Shown here: one piece after another, positions 40,370 to 51,182 of the stretch
How the letters are laid out: the number at the start of each line of letters is the position of its first letter
Numbering within the stretch: position 1 is the first letter of the stretch
DNA from: Eledone cirrhosa
Taxonomy: Eukaryota
DNA length: 51,182 nucleotides
Assembly: GCA_964016885.1 (NCBI GenBank)
Contig: CAXHJY010000845.1
Coordinates: forward strand, 1-51,182
Reading direction: 5' to 3'
Notes under the pieces: generated by a model
Databases searched by the model: none
Told to the model about the DNA's origin: nothing
What the model saw: the letters and a program-made list of their open reading frames with translations, nothing else
Made by a program: the position numbers and the translations under genes

Positions 40370-40719
40370 TGGTAAATCCACCGATTAATGGTAGGGTCTA
40401 AGCCCTATGAAGAACTCAATGTTATCCGTATGTAGATGTCGTGAAGCAAAGTTTAAAATTTCAACGATATAATTGGATACAGAGTCAAAAATACAAATAG
40501 TGAAAACAATGAAATTAAACAAAAACGGTTAATTCATAGTAAAACTCATTATTTTACAATCGTTTCTGGAGGGTAGTTCCCCGTATGTCCATTATATTAT
40601 TGATCTATGTAAAATATTTTACAAATTAACATAGTAAGAACATATACGTCTTCTCTAAATAACGAGTTTTGTTTATTGACGAATACAAAAAATATGTTTT
40701 TTTGTATTCTTCAATAAAC

Positions 40720-41066
40720 AAAACTCATTATTTCTGAAGACGGTGGTGGATTGGCAGTATCGGTAGAGGGTCGGACGCCATGCTTTCCAGCATAGTTACG
40801 TCCCTTTACGATCTGAGTTCAAATCCCGCCGAAGTTGACTTTGCCTTTCAGCGTTACGGGGTCGATAAAATAAAGTACCAGTAATGCACTGGGTAATGCT
40901 GGCCTTGTGCCTAAAGTAGAAACAATTATTTCTGAGACGGCGGGTAGAGAAGACGTATGTATATTTTCTTACTATGATAATTTGTAATATATTTTACATA
41001 CATCAATAATGGACATACGGGGAACTACCCCCCCTCCCCAGAAACGATCGTAAAATAATGAGTTTT
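40720..41066 (+). ncRNA. Type-I hammerhead with 14-bp stem I and ~110-nt stem II, split by SINE insertion
   Basis: AAAACTCATTATTT-CTGAAGA(40734)...GAAA-CGATCG-TA(41052)|AAATAATGAGTTTT; stem II pairs gggtag/ctaccc and cgtatgt/acatacg. Confidence 0.8.
40742..40930 (+). mobile_element. tRNA-derived SINE with ~19-bp flanking direct repeat
   Basis: attatttctgaagacggtgg (40727-40746) / attatttctgagacggcgg (40925-40943). Confidence 0.9.
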
Positions 41067-41110
41067 ACTATGAATTAACCGTTTTGTTTAATTTCATTGT
41101 TTTCACTATT

Positions 41111-41151
<41 letters not shown>

Positions 41152-41234
41152 AGAACGAATGTAAGACAGACGGTAGAGACCTTTATTGAAAAAGAAAAAA
41201 AGAAATAAATATAGAGGCAGAGACAAATACTAAC

Positions 41235-41430
41235 AATGGTTTATAATTGAGGCTCAAGCGCAACAATTTTTTGGAAGGAGGAAATTCATTAAATTGACCC
41301 CAGTGCATTATTTTATCCATGCCTAAAAATAAAAGGCAAAGGTAACTTCGGCGGGATTTGAACTCATGGCTTAAAGGGACGTAACTCTAAGCAGCAAAGC
41401 ATGTTTTCTGAAGTTCCACTGGTGCTGCTA
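41235..41430 (-). mobile_element. Diverged copy of the same SINE
   Basis: aaaggcaaaggtaacttcggcgggatttgaactc...aaagggacgtaactc. Confidence 0.75.
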
Positions 41431-41661
41431 ACAATGAAAGAAAAATAGTGAAAGAAAGGAAGGGACGATAAAAATGAATAAATGAGAGACACTAAAGATA
41501 AAACTAAATCATTTATGAAGAAAGAGAGAGTTTATAAGTTCAAACTGAAGGAGACAGTTTATCAACGTAGGATCTAACCCCTTTTATGATGAGGTTGTCA
41601 CTAAAAACGTAGCACAGACACAAATAATACACACACACACACGCACACAGACACACACATT

Positions 41662-41744
<83 letters not shown>

Positions 41745-41886
41745 TTACATATATACGTATATGCAGTCACACACACACGTGTGTGTGTGCCTGCATGTAT
41801 GTGTGTATATATATATACTTATAGTTCGAGTGACGTTGAATGATATGAGAAAATATTTATGATCTACGAACGAGATCTGACGATCT

Positions 41887-41919
<33 letters not shown>

Positions 41920-42359
41920 CGTCCATATTTAAAAGTGAGTGCTTGTATACAGAGTAATAGAAAATGTATCAGCCGAGAAACCAAACAAATATACAATAGC
42001 CACAAAAAACCCAACAACAACAAAATCAAGCCACCACTATAATAATCACCAACAAAAATCAAGTAGAAATATAAAATGACTCCAATTGTGTTTTCAATTT
42101 GATGAATTGATATCGACAATATCTTTGGCATGTATTTACTATACATTAAACGAAAACCAAGTCTATAATTTGCTGTCGATGTTGTTGTTCTTCTTCTTTT
42201 CATCGATGTGTTTGCTGTTGCCATATACATGAAAACACTTATGTATATTAGAAATGGTTTTAATTGAAAATGAAGATGTTAGATATAATCTCAAATGAAG
42301 AGAAAAATAACAGCAAAAGTAAGAAAACCTATGCGCGTGCACCCTCACACACGCAGACA

Positions 42360-42411
<52 letters not shown>

Positions 42412-45318
42412 TTTGTGTGTGTGTGTAAGTAATTGTGCGGCTGACTGAATGAAAGAGATCCGTTCGTAGATAGCAATGCAATGGAGGCCATATTTGGAGT
42501 AAACCTTCTCACTACTCTTATTTAGTTCATGTAACTATATTTTGATTTGCATATTTTCATGTCTCTTTATTATAACTTATCTTTTACGCTTTGTTTCTTT
42601 TTCCTTTTCCAGTTATTATTTTTCTTTGTTCATTATACAGAGGATAGCAGAATTGATAGTACATCTGACATTCTTTCTATTTTTTTCCTTGGCATTTATT
42701 CGCTTGAATGCAGGGTCCTCTTGTTGTTCCATCAATGTGACGGCAATGTACTCCAACTGATATGTCACTTCATTTGTCGCTCGGCCCCCACCGCAGGGTG
42801 GATATTTGGAAGATATAGTTGATTATGAGTGTGTTTGAATAAAATAGTATAAGTATAATAGTATAAGTATATTGTGTGAAAGAGATATAAGTGAGAAAGT
42901 AGAATAAACGAACCCATCATTAAAATTTTGGATCGGTACTTTGTTTATAACCCCCTAACTGAAAGAGAGGCAAATATAACATTGGTCTGAATCGAACGTA
43001 GTGAAGAGAAAGCCGAAATATATATCATAAAACATTCTATTCGACATTTTAAGAAACCAACCAGTTCAGCGCCTTCTTAACAACGGACCTGTTAGTACTG
43101 ATGCAATCATGACGACAATACCCGTTCCCTTCAAAACGTGTGGCCTTATGTATATTTAGAGTTATTCTTAATTATTCTTATTGCTGAGGTTTCATTCCAG
43201 AATGATCTTAGCCAAGAAGGCTAAAACAAACTAAGGTTCAACTATACATTCACCCCACTATCCAGCCGTTGCTGCGTGAACTCAGTGGCATTTTGAGCAA
43301 GTGTCTGTCATATACAAATCAAAATATAGTTTGATGAAAAAAATAAGAATAGTGAGAAAGTTTGCTCCGAATATGGCCTTCATTGCATATTCACTAGCAC
43401 TGCTCTCTACGAACGGATCTCTTTCATTTTGTCCGTCGCACGGTTATTTACACACACACACGCGCGCGCGCGCACACATACACACATACACACACACACA
43501 CGCACACGCACACGCACACGCACACACACACACACAAACGCCCCCCCCCGCACACAGCATCGAGTCGACATTTCAACATTGAGTAGACGAAAATTGTTTG
43601 GAAACGCGTTGGATGGACTTGTAATGCAAGAGGCCTTCTCACACTCTTCACCGTGCTGAATCTTCACAAGAATTACTTCAAGAATATACGTATCTATAGA
43701 TTGCTCAGTCACTTACGCATTATTTTCATGAGCAGGATGTCCTCTCCTTTCAACGATTGAACCAGTCGGCGTCGAGACTGATTGTGGTCCAATCCCAACT
43801 CAATCAAAATATTTACCACAAGAACGGCCCTAATATTATTTCTTCCGTGATCCCCTACAAGTTAACACATTTTACAGAAGACTAAATGGTTTATTACATC
43901 CTCCTGTGTCAACCTTGTCCTTTCGGTCATAGACATGGAACTGCCTCGCGCCATATAGAGGAACGGGATATGAAAGAATACCAGTCATTTCCCGCCAGCT
44001 GCTCTTGCGGCCTCCGATGTCTTCTTTACTCTGACTAGCGTTCTTTTAATTCAAGTCAAGGTGAGTGCATCACGTCTGTGGTAGGAGCCTCATTAGGGAA
44101 ACGAGAAGAACAGCAGATATCGATAGCTCTACTTCCTGGCAACACTTCAGCCATATTCTTCGAGGGGCGTAGCTGAGATGTACTGGTCAACTAAGAGTAT
44201 GATATTTGGTTAATTATGTTACCATGTTTGCAGGGTATAAGAAAATTAATTCATGAATATATTGTATTAAAACATCCATCAGAAAAATGTCTAAAAATAA
44301 AGATTACTTACTGATATAAAAATACTTACTTCGCAAGTACAGAAGGCTCTATAAGAATATAAATTTTGTCACGTGGTCATTGACCAGTATTTAATGTTTT
44401 ATGGTAAGGATTTGAGAGGAGATCAGTTGAGTTAAACATATATTTTAAAAAAATTATTATATTAACAAATAATCGTAATCGATGCGGTTTTATAAATAAT
44501 TATTAGGAATATTTAATTGCTTTTGTTATTTACCCCGATGTCAGCCAATATCAATTAGACATATGATCTACATAAACCGTCACCTGGTTTAACATCAATA
44601 ATTGGTATTCTCTTGCCGACTAATATTTGGTCCAAGTCTCCATTTTGAGCATATCAGCCTCCTCTCCTCTCTAGTGTCGGTCTCAGTAGCCCTGAAAAAA
44701 GCCATGGACTGTTTCTCTACTGTGATTGGACATTTACCGATTAGATTAAACTGAACTATTTTACCTATTTTATCTATCATATATTAGCGTTGAATTATTT
44801 TTTGCTTTTATATATTTGTGTTACATCACCTTCCCCAACAACCCCAAAACAGAAATACAACCGCATTGCAATGAAAGCCATCTTTCTGATCATTTCCTTC
44901 GAATGACCCGTACAATATAATTCTATATTGAATATGTTTTACACACACACACATATATACATATGTGTATATATATGATGATGATGGTTGTTATACTGGC
45001 ACTGTTCTTGTCTTTTAGTGACTTTGATGTGCATGATGAGCACATAGGTAGAAGTGGGCGACATCTCGTCTCTCTCTTCCTCCTTCTGTTTCCCTTTCAA
45101 TCTTTTTTTCTGTCTCACTCTCATGTACACACGCACTCGCACACACACTCACACACATACAGACACTCAGACATTCATATGATATAACTCTTCTCTCTGT
45201 TTCTTTCTTTATTTATTTCATTCTCTCTCTCTCTAAATATATATACATATTTTTTTTTTCCTACAGAAATACTTAACACGCACACGCACACACACATACA
45301 CACACACACACACACACA

Positions 45319-45403
<85 letters not shown>

Positions 45404-45889
45404 TGAGTTGCACAAGGAAGTTTGCGAAATTTCAATATTATTTATATAAATGCATTTGTTGGTGCACTTTTGTTTGATTGTTGCGTGAAATGAAAATGTG
45501 ATGGAAACGATGATAGTGTAGCAAGTTATATAGGCTAGTTTATTGGCAAGTTGACTGGCAGTGGAACAAACAGGCAAGGGTTTGGCGTGTTGTTCGCCTG
45601 TTTGCATGTTTTACTCTTGTTAGCTGATGTTTCATAAAAATAGTTCCCATGAGTTATAAACTAAAATGAAGAAAGAAAATAAAAAAGCGATTGCATTGAA
45701 AAACGTAGGTAAGATGGTGGAAAGGGCGCTGAAGCATTCAGCATTACGAATTGGTTGTAAAGAAAATGATCCTCAATGGAGACTGGAAGATTTCATCTGA
45801 CCTCAGTTCAGTAGGATCTTTTTTTAAAGGAAGTAACATACAAAACGTCTTTATGTGAGGAATTATTTCTATATATATATATACATACA

Positions 45890-45933
45890 CACACACATAC
45901 ATACATACATACATACATACATACATACATACA

Positions 45934-45962
<29 letters not shown>
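45890..45962. repeat. (CATA)n microsatellite
   Basis: Direct reading. Confidence 0.97.
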
Positions 45963-45964
<2 letters not shown>

Positions 45965-47203
45965 GGTTTTAATTGTCTTTTCGGACGTCTTCTGTAACTG
46001 GAAAATGTCGAATTGTCAGCAACATTTCTAGATTTTTTCTTCCTTTACTTTTTGCCAAAATAGCATTTCCTTAAAGAAAACTGTCTATATTTTTCTTTAA
46101 CTTTTGTGACTCTGATCAGTACAACCTTCATGGCTTTTTGTAACGTCTGGTAACTGTCCTTCATTCACGTACGAATGTCATGAATATTGAAAGGCACTTG
46201 AATAGAAGTTATCCATATGTGCTATTATATATATTTTTAAAATGTTTTTAATGGTTCTGTGAAATAAGACTGGTGTCTCTAAACGTCATTGTTGCTGAGT
46301 AATGCAGACAACGTGTGACATAAGACAGGATAATGCGCAGCGTTATAAAACATCTCTATTTTGAAGTATAATAAATTATTTGAGTGAATGGAGTTTTGAA
46401 ATGAATGCTTTCTTATGGCGTTGGATTTAGTTCTACACTATTTGTTTTGGCTCACTTCGCGCACGATGAATTCAAATCCCACAGGGGCTAATTTTGCTAT
46501 TTATCCTTTCGTATTCTATAATTAAAATTCCTGTCAATAGACGGTTGATTGGCGAAGCTGTTAAATTATCGGGCAGGAGGCTTTGCAGCCTATAATCCGA
46601 CACGATTTGTGCTACGTTCCTATCCCGCCTCTTTCAGTCAGATGCTGTGACAAGCAGGTAGTATCAGTAAAGGAAAAACCAGTGGAAACAGTGTTTTTGA
46701 CTGTTCGGATATTTTCAATTCTCTTGCTTTATTTGTCAGTGATGCGGGCCAATCTGTTGCTGATATATTTTTATATTTTTATTGTTATATTATTATTGTT
46801 AGTGCATTTTGTTAATGATCGTAAAGCCGTCGCTTCGATTGCCAGGCCGGGCGATGCATTGTGATCTGGCACAAGACTCTTCATCTCACATTACTCAAGT
46901 ACACTCAGATACAAATAAGCACGTGCGACAAAAGGGTTTGTTTTTCATGTGAAAAGCATTTGTGTTCTATTCAAAGGAAAGTTTCGCACTTTAGTCGTCG
47001 TTTAACGTCTCAACTTAGAGTTGAAAGAGCGAACGACAAATTAAAATATAAACTGATCTTGAAATTCAATAACAAAATAGGATTTTGTAGATGAACAGCA
47101 ATTTAAATTATTTTTATTTGTATTTTGGAGTAAAAGAATATTTTTTGTTTGTTCAATTTCAAAAAAGCCAAGATGAACACACACACACACACGCACGATG
47201 CAG

Positions 47204-47235
<32 letters not shown>

Positions 47236-47519
47236 ACGCACACACATACACATACACACACATCACAAATTATTATCTTTCAATTTCATGTCTGATTGAG
47301 CACGATATAAAATATGATTTGTAGAAATTTGAAATTCTAATAAAATATATAACAGTGTTAAAATTCAAAAGAAAACTTTCTCGCCATCCAATGGTGTCAT
47401 ATAGAAATAGTAATAATATACAGCCATCTTACGCATGGAGGAAACCTTCTCTCTCCATGTTAGACAATAGGCGCTTTCTTCCTGAGACAAAGAAATGGAA
47501 AGAGAGAAAGTAGAATCTG

Positions 47520-47870
47520 GCCCCTATACTGGATTGAGACGTTATTTATTGACCTCGAAATGAATAAATGTAAAGTTGACAGCGCCTAGGATTGAATACA
47601 TAGTGCAGAGAGCCGAAATGCATAAAACGAATCATTCAATATGGTACTCTAACTAACTAATTGTTTCTAATTTACGCAAAACTTAGTGATTTGGATTGAT
47701 GGGTAAATCGATTAAACAGACTCCAATCTTTTGTGTGGTACTTTATTTTTATCGGGCCCAGAGAGATAAACTTAATTTTGGTGGAATATGAACACAGAAC
47801 GGAAAGAGCTGGAATAAATGATGTAAATTGTTTTGTTGGAAGCTGAATCGAATCTTCAAATCCACCGCCT
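47520..47870 (-). mobile_element. Two old tandem SINE relics
   Basis: ggtactttatttttatcgggcc and ttatttattgacctcgaaatgaataaatgtaaagttgac resemble the SINE body. Confidence 0.5.
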
Positions 47871-48932
47871 TCATCGTATTAGCCATCATATTAGCTATAT
47901 AAGGAAGCGTCACTGCACTAATACTCAGAAAAATATTTCAAATTTTAAATTGGCAAATTATTGTGATATTGTAAAAAATATTGTTAATTCCATTGATTGT
48001 CCTTACTTAATCTGTGCCTGACTGAATATAAAAAAAGAACTAAACGATAAAAGCTCATTCATATAGTGACATGTATTGTGTTTATTGTGTTGCAGATTTA
48101 GTTTGCCAGTCATCAATTGTCTTTTTGATTATGAAAAAAGAAGAAAGATTAACATAGATTATGTATTGTAACAAATCTTTTTGATTTTACTCTCATTCTT
48201 TTAGGCAAACGTTGACGGCCTAATATGATGAATGAGAAAGAAATATTGATTGCATGGATAGCATTAAATTCGGTGTGATGAGTTTTGGACAACAAACGCA
48301 AAATTAGGTGGGTGTAGGAAAATCTCCACTCCAGTATGTTATGCTTCAGGTCAAAATTATATACTGAAAAATAAATAAAAAGAAATATACAAAACAAAGG
48401 ATTTCGGTTGACTAGGAAAATAACACACTGATGATTTATTAGTTTTGTACTGTGACACTTCCTTGGGCCAAACATCATAATTCATGTATACTGATATTAT
48501 TATGTCATGAACAACTTTATCAGGTCAGAAAATATTTTTTCCCTTGACATGAATTACAAATGGTTCACTTACTTAATTGCTTCGTTGAAAATATCTTGCA
48601 TAGACAAGAGTCGATTTCAGTGTGTGGGGGGGTGGGGGGAGCAAGAGGGAGCTGTTTTCGTCTACGTAGGAAATCTGGAAATGAAATAGATAAGGCCTAA
48701 TGATCAGATAAGTCCGTTTGCATGAGGACTTTACTCGTGTCAGTGGGATGAGCTTTTAGCATGGGAAGTTTGTATTGTACCCAGTAATGGCAAGGGAGTA
48801 AATATTTGTTTATTTATTTCTTTACTACGCAATTATGGAGGCAGAAAAAAACCTAAAGCGAGATAAAGTGGGCTGGAGATTTATGCAATCTCCCTATATA
48901 TATATTTATGCACACGCCCCCCCCCCACCCCC

Positions 48933-49001
<69 letters not shown>

Positions 49002-49098
49002 TAGATAGGTAGACATATGTGTGTGTATATGCATTTGTGTATGTGCGTGTGTATGTATATATATGTGCGTGTTTATATACATATAAATATATCATACA

Positions 49099-49216
<118 letters not shown>

Positions 49217-49689
49217 ATATATATAGAGAGAGAGAGAGAGAAAGAGAGAGAGATATGGACACACACATATATATGTGTGTGTGTGTTTGAATGTGTGTGC
49301 TTTTCTGCGTGTGTATGTGTATTTAATATATATAGAAAACAATCTCCGATCCTCAAAGACCATTTGCTTTCCCTATTTCAGTGTGGCGCTGTGGGTGCAG
49401 TTTGGCGCTGTCTAGTGTAAAATATGCCAGATCATTTAGAAGTGATATATTGACAGAAATAAACTGGCACTATGCTCTGATACCGTGCAGCAATATTGAG
49501 AATATTAAAGTAAGGAATCAGAGTCCAGTATTTTGCACCCTGTCTCATAGTGCCTTGGTAAATTGCAGATAACAGTGAATTTGGCTGAAGGCAGTTGCAT
49601 ACCAAAATAATGAGAAACAGCGTGACCAATGATTATATCTGCCAGATTAATTTAGATGCATTCATACATATGAATATGTGTTTGCATTA

Positions 49690-49725
49690 TATAATTGTAT
49701 TATATATAATATATACTATATATAT

Positions 49726-49757
<32 letters not shown>

Positions 49758-49769
49758 ATATATATATAG

Positions 49770-49851
<82 letters not shown>

Positions 49852-49864
49852 ATATATATATATA

Positions 49865-49906
<42 letters not shown>

Positions 49907-49929
49907 TATATATATATATATTATATATA

Positions 49930-49980
<51 letters not shown>

Positions 49981-49988
49981 TATATATA

Positions 49989-50074
<86 letters not shown>

Positions 50075-50425
50075 TATATATATATATATATTATATATTA
50101 TATATAGTATATATTTATATATATATATATATATATATAGTATATATATAGTATATATATATATATATATAGTATATATATATTTTTATATATATATATA
50201 TATAGTATATATATATATATAGTATATATATATATATATATTATATATATTATATATATATATATATTATATATATATATTTATATATATATTATATATA
50301 TATATTTATATATTTATATATATATATATTTATATATATATATATATTATATATATATATATATATTATATATATATATTTATATATATATTATATATAT
50401 ATTTATATATTTATATATATATATT

Positions 50426-50457
<32 letters not shown>

Positions 50458-50659
50458 ATTAGTATATATTTATATATTTATTATATATATATTTATATTT
50501 ATATATATATATATATTATGTATATATATTTATATATATATTTATTATATATATATATTTATATATTATATATATATTATATATATATATTTATATATAT
50601 ATATATATTATATATATATATTTATATATATATATATATATTATATATATATATTTATA

Positions 50660-50746
<87 letters not shown>

Positions 50747-50845
50747 ATATTATATATATATATTATTATACATATATAAATTATATATATATATTATATA
50801 TATATATAATATTATATACATATATATATATAATATATAATATAT

Positions 50846-50877
<32 letters not shown>

Positions 50878-50959
50878 ATATACATATATATATTATATAT
50901 ATATATATATTATATATATATATATATTATATACATATATATATTATTATATATATATT

Positions 50960-51018
<59 letters not shown>

Positions 51019-51182
51019 TATATATATTATATATATCTATATATATATATATATAGTATATATATCTATATATATATATATATATATATAACTATATATA
51101 TTAATAATATAATATAGTATATATATCTATATATATATATATAGTATATATATATATATATAGTATATATATATATATAGTA
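49690..51182. repeat. ~1.5-kb imperfect (TA)n array
   Basis: Direct reading. Confidence 0.98.

Larger units (their letters stand above)
40367..41115. mobile_element. Fold-back PLE-type end pair (centre ~40695) with HHR, interrupted by a SINE
   Basis: 40491-40694 is inverted against 40696-40733 plus 40945-41115; tail 40367-40490 on minus; TA both sides. Confidence 0.85.

Noticed and set aside
49690-51182. Higher-order pattern in the interruptions of the long TA array
   Set aside because: No periodicity seen; slippage or read errors are sufficient

Overview
AT-rich, microsatellite-laden eukaryotic intergenic or intronic DNA. The tRNA-SINE families suggest a coleoid cephalopod (octopod); this is my inference from recalled repeat sequences. 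No host protein-coding gene is supported, and nearly all listed ORFs are microsatellite artefacts. The window is a transposon graveyard. It holds a frameshifted Penelope-like element (PLE; RT plus partly deleted GIY-YIG, 1-4074), a GC-rich CRE-like RT/restriction-endonuclease non-LTR element (16485-19281, minus), a deleted Helitron (~14401-15938), RTE and CR1-like LINE relics, and many SINEs, including head-to-tail arrays. The main hidden signal is about a dozen complete, degenerate or half type-I hammerhead ribozyme (HHR) motifs from several PLE-type families. Many sit in a recurring (TA)n-bounded fold-back cassette: a short inverted arm, then a ribozyme arm with a 3' tail (4681-5222, 5307-5505, 16404-19445, 35924-36122, 40367-41115). 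Also notable are 13 ACTAAC (QKI/SF1-type) motifs in the PLE 3' UTR, 10 of them in close pairs, and a twin-priming-type inversion in an RTE LINE. All alignments and folds were done by eye.
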